64,000 nucleotides of DNA from Octopus vulgaris (lineage: Eukaryota): positions 49,910,001-49,974,000 of the forward strand of contig OX597830.1 in the NCBI GenBank assembly GCA_951406725.2. The letters are read 5' to 3'. The position numbers and the translations under genes were made by a program. Shown piece after piece: positions 49,661 to 62,136 of the stretch (position 1 is its first letter; the number at the start of each line of letters is the position of its first letter). The notes beneath the pieces are model-generated. The model had not been told where the DNA came from. It made no database searches and was given only the letters and a program-made list of their open reading frames with translations.

Positions 49661-49937
49661 GATTTCAGTGCCTCGTAGCGCTGCAACAGGGGCAATGGTT
49701 GTTCACAAGCTATGGTAGCAGGGTGTATGCCCGAGGAGGTCCAGCCAATCTACAAAGGTACTGGAATACTGACTCTATTGAAAGACTATCATGCTGAATC
49801 AGTTACGGTGTCTATTTGTTAGAAGATGGAAGCTAGCTAAATTCAAAAGATAATCATGGTCGACCTACCTATCCAGTGGGACAGCATCATTTGAAAGCTA
49901 AAACATTATGAATATATACATTTCTCTACAAATGTCT

Positions 49938-50210
49938 ATACCTACCTACCTACATACCGACCGACCTACCTACCTACCTATCTACCTACATACCTACATA
50001 CATACATACCTACTTACCTACCTACCTACATATATACCTACCTACGTACTATGTACCTACCTAGCTACCTACATACCTACCTACATACATGCATACCTAC
50101 CTACCTACCTACCTACCTACCTACCTACCTACCTACACACCTACCTACCTACCTACATACCTACCTACCTACATACCTGCCTACATACATACCTACCTAC
50201 ATACATACAT
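49938..50210. repeat. (TACC)n/(TACA)n microsatellite
   Basis: Visible directly. Confidence 0.95.
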
Positions 50211-50213
50211 GCA

Positions 50214-51063
50214 TTACATGGAAAAATGTGAGCAAGAGAAATAATATTCTTAAGATTATTAAAACCTGGCAAATTACAGGACAATTTATTACATCTAGTA
50301 AAGTACAGAACAAGAAAATTTACCCTAATAATATTGCAGCTAAGGATAAAATTTCAAATAAAATATTTAGATTTAGAAAATATTAGCTTTTATTAAAACT
50401 TAAAATTTTATTACAAGTTATTACTTCTGTTTCTCATTACTGATTACTTCTATTAAAAATAAAAAAATAAACTCATTTAAAATATTTTTTGCACTTTAAA
50501 AAAATTCATTTTTGTAATTATTAATCAATAATTAGAATTTTAAAAATAGGTTATAAAAGATAGTAATAGTACATAATTAGTACAATAAATAGAATAATAC
50601 AAAAATCAGTTATATATTACAGTAAAATCTCCCTATAACAACAAATTCACAGTAAAATTTGCTTGAGTTATTGCTAAATCTTCACATTTTTAGCCTTGAC
50701 CCAATGCCCATATTTTACATAATGACTTTGCCTATCATATATACTATTCTATTTTGCATAAAACTTTAGCGACATTGGTACTTCTGGCTATCATTTTAAA
50801 AGTATTCTAGTGTGTCAGTATTTTAACAAAATGATGGTACCTTTTTTATTTATAATATTACTTAGTAAATCAAAATCAAATAATTTTTAATATTCAGATT
50901 TTATCCTTAGCTTCAATAATTTAAGTAAAAATTTTCTTGTTTTGTATTTTACCAGTTGTAATAACTTGTCCTGAACTTTTCCAAGTGTACTAACTTGTCC
51001 TGTAATTTTCCAGGTTTATAATCTTAAGAATATTATTTCTCTTGTTCACATTTTTCTATGTAA
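50214..51063. mobile_element. AT-rich element with ~150-170 bp diverged inverted arms
   Basis: aaaaatgtgagcaagagaaataatattcttaagattat... versus ...ataatcttaagaatattatttctcttgttcacattttt. Confidence 0.65.
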
Positions 51064-51693
51064 TTCATTTTTTTCCAGGCTATGTTATTATTCTAATTGA
51101 CCATGTGCCAAATGTGCCAATTAGTGGTGTCATTGATAATTTTTTCCTTACCTCAATGATGGCAGTGACATATATTACAAGTCTCTTACAGAAATATATG
51201 TATAAATAAGTATAGAACTATATTATCACTCTCAAATTTGAGAAACAGACACTTATGACTTTTCTCCTTTAAAACTTCATTGCATGAGACTGATACCATT
51301 AAATTCCTCGAATTGAGCTCTATCATTCAAGTTTAATTAAAATATAGTTTGTTTTTAAAATAAAAAAAGTTAATTATACTTAAATCCAATTTTTTGTCTT
51401 ATATTTTTTTCAGGATATTTTACCTCACAACTTTTTTCCAGCAAATTTTTGTTGCATGGGAACAAAACTATGAAATTCTTCATGCTTTCGTTTATCATCA
51501 AAGCTAAAATAAATATATTTTGCTTCTATAATAAAAATTTTTTTATTTAGATCTAAAATTGATTGGCGGTGTTACTTACTCTCCTAAAATGTTGCTACAA
51601 ATTTTGATGTAAACTTTTTTCTACAAGGTTAAGTCTCAATTTTGTTATGCCAAAATGTAGCTAAGGACCAATCCTCTTCAAAAATGTTAACAG

Positions 51694-51917
51694 TTTGCTT
51701 AAGAACTGCATTGTGACAAGCTCCGAAGATGCTGCATATGAGTAAATTTCGGCCTTAAGAATCTTATTCAACTACTACCATAGTTGAATGATACATACAT
51801 ACGTATATATGTGTATATAATTCAACTACAGTAGTAGTTGAATAATATTTTTGAGGCTGCAATTTACTCACATGTGGCATCTTTCAGAGCTTGTCGCTAA
51901 TTCAATTCTTAACCAAA
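51694..51917. repeat. Foldback with ~95 bp arms around a (TA)-rich spacer
   Basis: gacaagctc...tattcaactactac.atagttgaat and attcaacta..gtagtagttgaata...gagcttgtc. Confidence 0.75.
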
Positions 51918-51947
51918 TGAAAACACATTAATATTTTTGGTCCATAA

Positions 51948-52087
51948 GAAACTGCCTGCATCAGTTGTTGACTGCCATGACACTGCATCCCTTAAGGCCC
52001 TCATACTTTCCAAAATCCGCCGAAACTACACCTGATTATACATACACTTTAGATGAGTTCTAGTGCACCTGAGCACTGTACACAATG

Positions 52088-52122
<35 letters not shown>
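51948..52122 (+). mobile_element. CR1 3' fragment
   Basis: KLPASVVDCHDTASLK, 3'UTR and (TTA)n tail. Confidence 0.8.
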
Positions 52123-52128
<6 letters not shown>

Positions 52129-52819
52129 GTAATCTGCTCAATAGAAATATAGTCCCCAAAGCCTTAATTCTCACTGTCTATGTCTACTTAGTTATGTACC
52201 ATTTTGTGGGAAACTATTCAGTGGTAACAGTGGCCAGGTCAAAATAAAATTGGTTCAGGGGCTCGGCAGTTATGAATTTTGATTCCCTTGAGTGGCAACT
52301 TCGGTAGGTCTATTTTGCTACTGTCTTGGGTTAACCAAAACCTTGTGCGTAAAATTCAATGGATGGAAACTAAAAGGGAGTCCATCAGAAGCATGTGTAC
52401 ATACGTGATAGGGGCATCTTATTGTTGGCTGGTTGATAAATCTATCATTCAGTTTAATACCTCACCTTTATGTGCCATTAGCAGAAATACCCCTGTTGAC
52501 ATTATTCAAAGTAGGTGTTTGACTCAGTAAGCCATCATATTGAAAAGAAAAACTAACAATACAGTAGTTGGTGTTTTCTTCTTAACAGTTCAGCTTTCAT
52601 TTGTAGAAGGTTTATGTCTGTTGGTGAAGATGTGAGGTTCATGCATTGTTTAAATGTTAGACGAGGTGTGGCAGTTGGTGTTTGTTTATTATAGATTTTC
52701 TTTATAACATTCATTTCCAATCAATCAAGATAAGATTTCTATTATTGTGTCAAGGAAACTTCTAAGCAACTGGTTAAATGACTAGAAATGGCAGTCACTT
52801 CTCCATCAGATCATATACT

Positions 52820-53045
52820 TATTTCTTTACTACCCACAAGGGGCTAAACACAGAGGGGACAAACAAGGACAGACACTTGCATTAAGTCGATTGCATCGAC
52901 CCCAGTGCATACTGGTACTTATTTAATTGACCCCAAAAGGATGAAAGGCAAAGTCAACCTCGGCGGAATTTGAACTCAGAACGTAATGGCAGACGAAGTA
53001 CGGCTACACATTTCGCCCAGTGTGCTAATGTTTCTGCCAGCTCAC
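52820..53045 (-). mobile_element. SINE family A
   Basis: Full body match. Confidence 0.88.
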
Positions 53046-54300
53046 TTTTTTAAGGTGGTTTTTAAAAAGGCAGGACACGCCAGATAAAATGAGATATGAA
53101 AGGAAAACAGGATAGTCACAATTGGACTGTCTTTGCTCGTATGTCTGCTGGATCAGGGTCATACAACAATTTGTCTTGATTTTCTTCATACTGGGAGTCA
53201 TCTATGGATACTTTTAGGGAGCAATAGTGTGTTGTATCTTCTCAAATGCAACAGAAACATAAGTTAACGGATTTCAATTGGGGATTGAAATTGTGTTCAC
53301 TTATTTCACATATTGGCTATTTCCTTTACAAGTTGACAACACTCCCCTTTGGTTGGCATATTCTAATTTTAAAATCAATCCCCGAAGACCATGTTTTATT
53401 ATTTTCATGTTCTATAGAATTCCAAACATAGCTGTCACAGTTTCCAATTTAGTTGGCTACATTATAGATACAATAAGCTCCCTCTGTGCTAAATACAAGC
53501 CACAGATTCAGAATTACCATTATTGCAGAGAACACCAGTTGTACAGAGTGACCTGGTTTAAACACACAAACACATAGAATGTTATTTCGGGAATTGGTCA
53601 AAAAGAAAAAAAAAAAACAAAAGGTGACACATGGGAGATGCTAAGACATAAACAAAAATAAGCATAGTGGAAGAAATGTGTCGTTTGTCTAATATTGAGA
53701 GCCAAAATAGTAAAATCTTACTTTCAAATGGGATTTAAGATTGAGGCCGATTTCTTCAAGAACACAATACTATATTCCAATATATTGATCTGACAATGTC
53801 TTCACATATTCTTATACTTTTATCATCACTCCCATTTTAGCTTTTGGTAGCCACCTTTCTAACCAGTCTCTTACTGCTTGTCGTTATTGTTGGAGTTGTT
53901 GTTGTTATCAGTATTTTTGGCTTTTATGATGATATTTTTGTCATAACTATTTTTGGAAATATTGTTATTTAACTTGTTGCTATTTTCCTTGCTTATATTT
54001 TATCTGTTGATATTTTTTACTCATTGTGTTAGAATTTTTCTCCCCAAGGGAATAGAGGGTAAACCATACAATGAATGGATTTGAACTTGGTAACTAGAAG
54101 TAAAGTATGAGTTTCTTCGTGATGCAGTCTATGCTGCTAAATCTTTATTATTCAATATTATGGTAGAGTAGGAGAAGCATTTCGGTCTAGTTTCTACAGC
54201 TGGAAATAGACAATGGCAGTGTTTCAGAAAGGAGGTGGATAATGGTGGAACAGAAGTTGGGCAATGGTTCACAGAGGGAAGTGGAAAATAATGGAGTGTT

Positions 54301-54367
<67 letters not shown>

Positions 54368-54383
54368 ATATATATATTTATAT

Positions 54384-54615
54384 GAGTAAATGTAAGGACA
54401 AGTAAAATATTTATTTATAAAAAATAATAAATACATTTGATACAAAAACTTGTCATACATTTATATATAAAATGGTCTGACTTACATGAATAGAAATGAT
54501 TTCCTAATATCATTTCTATTCTGTGTAAGTCGGGCCTTTCTATATGTAAACTTTTAAATGTATTTAATATATTTGTATATCGACTTGCCTAACTTGCTTG
54601 TCCTTACATTTACTC
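54384..54615. repeat. Degenerate foldback
   Basis: gagtaaatgtaaggacaag/cttgtccttacatttactc and gaatagaaatgat/atcatttctattc. Confidence 0.75.
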
Positions 54616-54679
54616 CTCTACCTACTCTATACAGAGAACACCTCTCTCTAATCTATCTATCTATCTATATATATATATA

Positions 54680-54996
54680 TACAGAGATGTACTCACATAG
54701 CAAGTGATTTGATCTGAGATCGTGTGCTGGAACAAAAATAATTGCAGTGTGGGAGGTGTTTGTAAGCCATTTAAGAAACACACAAAAGCCGTTCGATTCA
54801 CTTCAACATTTAAGTTTAATTTGTCAAAATATTTTCGTTGCTAAAATCCGCGACCTGTTCACTGACAAAAATCCGTGCAGTGCGGATTTTAGCGACGAAA
54901 ATATTTTGACAAATTAAACTTAAATGTTGAAGTGAATCGAACGGCTTTTGTGTGTTTCTTAAATGGCTTACAAACACCTTCCACGCTACAATTGTT
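54680..54996 (-). mobile_element. PLE pLTR remnant with a near-perfect 115 bp inverted duplication
   Basis: Arms 54737-54851 and 54882-54996; (TA)n flanks; carries the HHR at 54820-54869. Confidence 0.8.
54820..54869 (-). ncRNA. Type I hammerhead with compensatory G3:C8 core (GUGAACA)
   Basis: Minus strand: tttgtca GTGAACA g gtcgc-ggatttta-gcaac GAA aatatt T tgacaaa. 7 bp stem I; the inverted arm keeps gcgac (perfect helix II); helix III is the aatatt palindrome. Confidence 0.75.
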
Positions 54997-55046
54997 ATAT
55001 ATATATATATATATACATACATGTATGTATATATGTATATATATGT

Positions 55047-55430
55047 GTGTGGCCATGTGGTTCGAATGGTGGATGAACACATGCTGAAACAGCTGTTTTA
55101 TGGTGAGCTCGCAGAGGAGAAACGCTATTGGCATAAACCTAAAAAAAGGTTTAAGGACGGCATCAGGGCTATTATGAAGTCACTTGGGGTCGATTCAGAA
55201 TACATAGAAACCCTTGCTTCGGGTCGAGTTGGATGGAGAACAAAGGCGTGGAGTGGAGTGAAAGCATTTGAAGAGGCCAGGATAACACAAGTAAGACTCA
55301 AAAAGAGATCTAAGGAAGAATGCTTATGATTGAGAAGGTGAATGACACTGACCTTTTTGTGTGCACAGTCTGTGACAGACCATGCCTCCTGGAAACTGTT
55401 CAGAGATGTGCAACCAAATGAATACCCACC
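55047..55430 (+). mobile_element. RTE LINE C-terminal fragment
   Basis: CGHVVRMVDEHMLKQLFYGELAEEKRYWHKPKKRFKDGI...RVGWR...GVKAFE, then an FVCTVCDRPC zinc-finger relic. Confidence 0.9.
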
Positions 55431-55436
55431 ATCAGG

Positions 55437-55868
55437 TATAATAATAATAATAAACATTGTGTACAGTGCTCAGGTGCGCTACAACTCATCTAAAGTGCAT
55501 ATATAATCAGGTGTAGTTTCGACGGATTTCGGAAAGCATGAGGGTCTTAAAGGATGCAGTGTCATGGCAGTCAACAACTGACGCAGGCAGTTTATTCCAT
55601 GCTTCAGCAACTCTGAGCATGAAGAAATGTTTCTGAAAGTCATGGGAGCTGTGTTGTTTTCTGACTTTGTAGGCATGTCCACGTGTGTTAGACACATGGA
55701 GATCAAAAACGGTGTTCAGTGTTGTTATTGGTGAGGTGGTTGACAACTTTGTGGGTGTTTACCAAGTCCGTCGCCAGACGCCGGAGCTTCAGTGAATCCA
55801 TGCCCAGGGAAACAAGGCGCTCAGAATATGGCAGGTGTCTGATGGAGGGTATGCGTTTGGTTGCACGT
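55437..55868 (-). mobile_element. CR1 3' fragment
   Basis: RATKRIPSIRHLPYSERL...TRGHAYKVRKQHSSHDFQKHFFMLRVAEAWNKLP. Confidence 0.9.
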
Positions 55869-56355
55869 ATCTACCATACTCTGAGCACCTTGCTTCCCTG
55901 GGCATTGATACATAGAAGCTCCGATCCCTGGCAACTGACTTGGTAAAAATTATTAACCATCGTGCCAACAACCACCTTGTGAGCACCTTTTTTGAGCTCC
56001 ATGTGTCTAACGTACATGGGCATGCCTACAAGGTCAGAAAACAGCACAGCTCCCATCCATGACTTTCAGAAACATTTCTTCACATTCAGAGTTTCTGAAG
56101 CATGGAACAAACTAAACTACCTGCATCAGTTGTTAGTTGCCGAAACATTGCACCCTTTAAAATCTCCATGCTTCCTGAAATTCGCCAACACTACATCTGA
56201 TATCCCACCTCCCTTCCATACGCATGCGCACATGTATATTATGACTCATACGCTGTTCACTTTCCTGACTTTTGTACATAATTCTATGTCCTGTACATGC
56301 ACCTGTGATGAGTTGTAGTGCACCTGAGTGCTATACACAATAATTTCCTTATTAT
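55869..56355 (+). mobile_element. CR1 3' fragment
   Basis: LPYSEHLASLGIDT*KLR...HDFQKHFFTFRVSEAWNKL plus 3'UTR. Confidence 0.9.
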
Positions 56356-56630
56356 TTGATAAAACACATGCATAGACAACAAGAACAATGTAATCATTGG
56401 TAAAATGTATTTTATTTATCAATTTATTTTATCAGTTTTTGTTAATAATAATAATAATTTTTTCTCCAAATTTTACAATAAAATACATGAAAATCTTAGA
56501 ATCCCTTTTGTGTCTTTAGAAATGTCCAATATTAGAGAAATGGCATCAGTTTTTCATTAACCATTAATTATATCATATTCTTGTAATATTACTATTACTG
56601 TTGTGATTATTATTATTATTATTATGATTA

Positions 56631-56665
<35 letters not shown>

Positions 56666-58874
56666 TTACACTATATTTGTATTGTTTCTTGCTTTCCTTT
56701 TTTTTTCTTCTTTTTTTTTTGCAGTATATAAAACTATCTGGGTGAGGGTGGGAGGTGAGTCAAAGGTGAAAGGTGAAGGTCAGAAGAGTGAGATATGAGA
56801 TGGGGAGGGATGAAGATGCTGTGATGTTGACCAGTGGAAAGTATAGAACGTGGATAGCAACTGGTCAGTAGTGGGTGATTGTGGGGGTGAGGAAGAGTGG
56901 GAGGGTTTCAGGTTATTCATTGATCAACAGTGGTCTTAATGAGGCACTGATTGGTCATTGAAAATCAGGTGGGTGCTTGATTAGACAATGATTGGTGCAT
57001 TCTATAACTAAATGATTTCTAATTAAAAATCTGTGAAGTGTAGTAGTAGTAGTAGTAGTAGTAGTAGTGAGGGTAGGCCTTATTCTTGTACATTGTATGG
57101 AAAGTGGGGTGAAAGGAAAAGTAAAAGAGAGACTGAGAAGGAGATAGAAATATAGAAGACTTTGGGGGTAGGGCAGGAAGGGTGGGAGACATTTGAAATC
57201 AATGAGCTGTTGTTGTTTAGCCCCAGGTTAACCTTGATCTAGTAAACAGACAGACCTATGATCAAAGATACTCCAGCTGTGATTTGAAGGTGATTGTGCT
57301 GCTATTTCTAGCAGAACAATTAACCGCATAGGGGCTCTTTCGTTGGTTGAAAGGGAAAAACGAGAAAGACGGAGACAGAGTAAGTAAAAGATTGAGAGGT
57401 AGAATTAAAGAGAAGGAGAGAGGGAAGAATTTGTGGAGGAGAAGGAGAGGAAAGTAAAGGGAGAGAAACAGCTGAGAGAGAGGGAAAGAGTGAAAGAGAG
57501 AGAGAGAGAGAGTGTGTGTGTGTGTGTTTGTTTCAGAGAGAGTGGGGAGGGAGTTTTTTGTTGATAATAACCTTGATTCTTGATAGAAATCCATTAGAAA
57601 TCTCTAAGATTAATTATAAAGTGTTAATGAATATCTCATTGTTGTTGTTGCTACTAATCATCATCATCATCATCATCATTATTATTATCATCAACTAAAA
57701 CAAAAATAACCAATTTCTGTCTCTTTTACAACGGCACAAAATTGAAATGTAGATTTGGTTGTTAATGCATGGCACCTCCCACATGCACATGGCTAAAATC
57801 TGGGGTCATCAGAGTCCCTTGTGAGATCCCTTATTCTTTCCGGTAGGATTTTGCCTTATGTCAGAAAGAAGCTAAAAATGTGTGTGTGTATGTATGTTAT
57901 ATTTCTAAATTTCTTGTGTATGTGTTATATTTCTGTTAAATCTGTTATATTTCTATATTTCGTTGTAGATTGTAAGTAGTGTGTAGAAAATATGGTGGTT
58001 GGGGTACTCTAGTTTAGCCCAATTAGAGTACGTCTCACTGCCAACATAGTTAAGTACAACCATAGAACTTGCATTTAAGTTTTAATTATTATTTAGCTGA
58101 AGGATATACCTGACAGACCAAACTTATGATCAAAGACCCGCCTTGTTAGGAACCATCCTGACTTGGTCGCAATGCTCCTAAAATCATGTTGTCTGTGTTC
58201 TTTCTGTAAGAGGGTTTGATGTGGTTTGGCTACTATTTCTAGCAGGTCCAAAGGATACCGCAGAAGTTCTCTGTAGGATTTCAGCAGGGCTTTCATTCTG
58301 GTTAATTGGAGAAAATGGTCTGTGATTTAGAACTCTTAATGCTGATCCTGTGGTTAGTAAATTCTCTTCTAGGGGTGGGTGTATGCTATCAATCTTTAGT
58401 CAAGATTCTCAGGTATTAATCAAATATGAAAGGTGGGGAATAGCTTTATCTAAATCTAAATCCACCAACCACAGATGTTGTCTCTCTCTAAACAACCACA
58501 TTTTAAGGATAAAACAGATTATGGAAAATAATCTGTTTAAAACCAATAACAATAATTTAAAACAAATTATACACCCAAATTAAATTGTAAATTTAAGATT
58601 ATTTTCCCCAGCACAGATGTGGTGCACCCACACATAACTGCAATTCACCCTTGGTCCTAAGCATGCGTTTCCTACCTATGGACTAATAAAAGACAGATTT
58701 CTCACTGGACAGGGTGTCTTACAAACTGAATGGGGTAGGGAGGCATTCAGGGTATATCCACCCCAGTACCTGATTATTATTTTCTATAATTTTGTAAAAC
58801 TTTCTTGAAGGATGGAAGAGAAAGTTAACTGTGGTGAGATTTATGCACAAAAACAAAACACATAACTAAATACC

Positions 58875-59071
58875 TATTTCTTTACTACCCACAAAGGGCT
58901 AAACACAGAGAGAACAAACATGGACAGACCCCAGTGCGTAATTGGTACTTATTTAATCGACCCCAAAAGGATGAAAGGCAAAGTCGACCTCGGCGGAATT
59001 TGAACTCAGAATGTAGCAGCAGACATAATACTGCTAAGCATTTCTCCTGGCGTGCTAATGTTTCTGCCAGC
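58875..59071 (-). mobile_element. SINE family A inserted in an older family A copy
   Basis: TSD ctaaatacc/ctaaatgcc; diverged SINE body on both sides. Confidence 0.8.
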
Positions 59072-59657
59072 TAAATGCCATAAGACATTTTGTCCAGAAG
59101 GGGTAGCTATTTGAGAGAGATTTAGCTACTATTTTCTGAGTGACTGAGTAAAACTTCATAATAATGGGAGGCTACAGCTTTCAACTAATAATAACTCTAA
59201 TTTTGAGAAGACCTGATATTTTGTGGGATGGGGGCAAATTAATATCAACCTCATTAAGAGGAAAAGCAAACTCAAGCTCAGTGGAACTCTAACCCTGAGC
59301 ATAAAGACAGACAAAATGCTAAAAGCATGTTAACAAGTCTATCAGCTTGCCACCTTAATAAAGTTATTATGGGGTTAACTAGATCAACCTTAGTATTCAT
59401 TGACTCCAGGGAGATTAAAAGGAATGATCAACCATCAATGAAATATGAACTTAGAACATAAAGGGTCGTAAAATTGTATGTCCATCACTTTTGCCAAACA
59501 ACTCAGTGGTTGTAGTAGTAGTGACTTCTTAAAGAGGCAAAAGGCCAGGATTTTGGGGAGGGTATAATTTGGATTATATGGACCCAGGGAAAATGAAAGG
59601 TAAAGTTGATCTTAGTGAGATTTGAACTTAAATTATAAAAAGCTGTAACTAGATACC

Positions 59658-60072
59658 TATTTCTTTACTAGCCACAAGGGGCTAAACACAGACAGGACAA
59701 ACAAGGACAGTTAAACGGATTAAGTTGATTATATCGACCCCAGTGCATAACTGGTACTTATTTAATTGACCCCGAAAGGATGATAGGCAAAGTCGACCTC
59801 GGTGGAATTTGAACTCAGAACGTAGCAACAAACGAAATACCTATTTCTTTACTATCCACAAGGGGCTAAACACAGAGGGGACAGACAAGGACAGTTAAAT
59901 GGATTAAGTCGATTACATCGACCCCAGTGCGTAACTGGTGCTTAATTTATCGACCCCGAAAGGATGAAAGGCAAAAATGAAAATTGGCGGAATTTGAACT
60001 CAGAATGTAACGGCAGACAAAAAACGGCTACGCATTTTGCCTGGTGTGATAATGTTTCTACCAGCTTGGCGC
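59658..60072 (-). mobile_element. SINE family A dimer inserted in an older family A copy
   Basis: TSD ctgtaactagatacc (59643-59657) and ctgtaactaaatacc (60073-60087). Confidence 0.88.
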
Positions 60073-61440
60073 CTGTAACTAAATACCACAAGGCATTTCT
60101 TCTGGTATTCTAAGACCTCTGCCAATCCATCAGCCAATAATGATTTGTAATATAGGTAGAAAGCGACAGGGTTGTTATGTTGAACCCAGTATGTAACTGG
60201 TACATCACTGACACTATAGGACCAAGGCCCTAATTGTGGGAGAGGAACGAACATTTGAATCTATAGACCCTGATTTCTTACACTGACATAAAGCCAGAAA
60301 ATGGAGTGTGAAGTTGGGAGATGATATAGTAGAATGAGCCCAGATTGTGACTGGTATTTCTTTTATCAACAATCAACAAGACTAATAAAATGTTTCAATT
60401 GTTGGCACAAGGCCAGCAATTTTAGGGAGAGGCCATTGCTCTATTACATCGACTCTCCCCAGTAGTCAACTGGTACCCTACTTTATCAACCCTGAAAGGA
60501 TGAAAAACTAAGTTGACTTCAGCAGGATTGGAACTCAGAATGTCAAGAGCTGGAAGTAAATCTGCTACGCATTTTGTCTGAAGCACTTATGATTCTGTTA
60601 GGTCATTTGCTTGAATAATAACAATAATAATAATAACAATAATAATAATAATAATAATGCTGATGATAAACTTGAAAAAAATTTGTCAATTGGAGAAATG
60701 TTTGAAAATCTGAATTATTGATGCAAATATATTTTAAAATATGGAATATTCTGGAGAGATTTCCATCAATTAGAAACAAAAAAACAAAACAAAACAGAAA
60801 TATACATCCTCATATATACATACATATATATATACATATTCACATATACATAATATACATATGTATACATATATATATAATATTCTGTGTATATTTAAAA
60901 TGTTTACCAATAGTGATATTATGCGGTAATATAACAAAGGTACAAAGGTTATCAGAATTAACAAAACGGTAGATTGTTGTTGTTGTTGTAACCATAATTA
61001 TTATTATGATTACAACATGACAATAGGAATATTGATAAAAATATAGATTTTTTTTTTCTGAATATTTTCTGGGTAATTTTTCCTTTTTTTTTCTTTTTTT
61101 TTTTACTTTTGAGTTTAAAATCCTTTCAGTTTGTGATTGAATATTCTCTCCATATTTTATTCTGCAACTGTTTTTCACTGGAAATGGTTAGCAATGGAGG
61201 TTTTTGTGCGTTGAAAGTTTTTACAGTAAGTTGGATGTATGGTCTGTCCTAGTTACTGTATGAAGAGGTGAGGCGTTCAAAGTCTACAGTTTCTAAAATT
61301 AGGTTCCAAGAAGTTTGGTAAAAAAGCTGAAATAATTTACAAGAATGAAAAGAAATCTCTAATATTTAGTCGCACTATAAACACTACATACATACATACA
61401 CACTACAGACACTACAGGCATATATATCGAACAGCCAACT

Positions 61441-61530
61441 GCCATCTCTGAAGAGCACAGGGCTATGTAATCGAGCAGTTATCTAACACTCCATTGAACC
61501 CCGAGTGCAAAACTGATTGGTAACATCGGC
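61441..61530 (+). ncRNA. Decayed type I hammerhead (G12A)
   Basis: gccatct CTGAAGA gcac.ggg...ccc..gtgc AAAA ctgattgg TA acatcggc; followed within ~35 nt by (TA)n. Confidence 0.6.
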
Positions 61531-61564
61531 TGTTACGGATACATAATACTGTACATTTCAATTA

Positions 61565-62080
61565 ATATATATATATGTATATATATATGTGTATATATGT
61601 ATATATATATATATGTGTATATATGTATATATATATATATGTGTATATATGTATATATATATATATGTGTATATATGTATATATATATATATGTGTATAT
61701 ATGTATATATATATATATGTGTATAAATGTATATATATATATGTGTATATATGTATATATATATATGTGTATATATATGTATATATATATGTATATATGT
61801 GTATATATGTATATATATATATATGTATATATGTGTATATATGTATATATACATATGTATATATGTGTATATATGTATATATATATATATGTATATATGT
61901 GTATATATATATGTGTATATGTGTATATATATATGTGTGTATATATGTATATATATATATGTATATATATGTATATATATATATAGGTATATATATGTGT
62001 ATATATATGTATATATATGTGTATATATATGTATATATATGTATATATGTGTGTATATATATGTATGTGTGTATATATAT

Positions 62081-62135
<55 letters not shown>
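61565..62135. repeat. Long compound (TA)n/(TG) microsatellite
   Basis: Visible directly; source of the 200-276 aa YI-rich ORFs. Confidence 0.95.
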
Positions 62136-62136
<1 letters not shown>

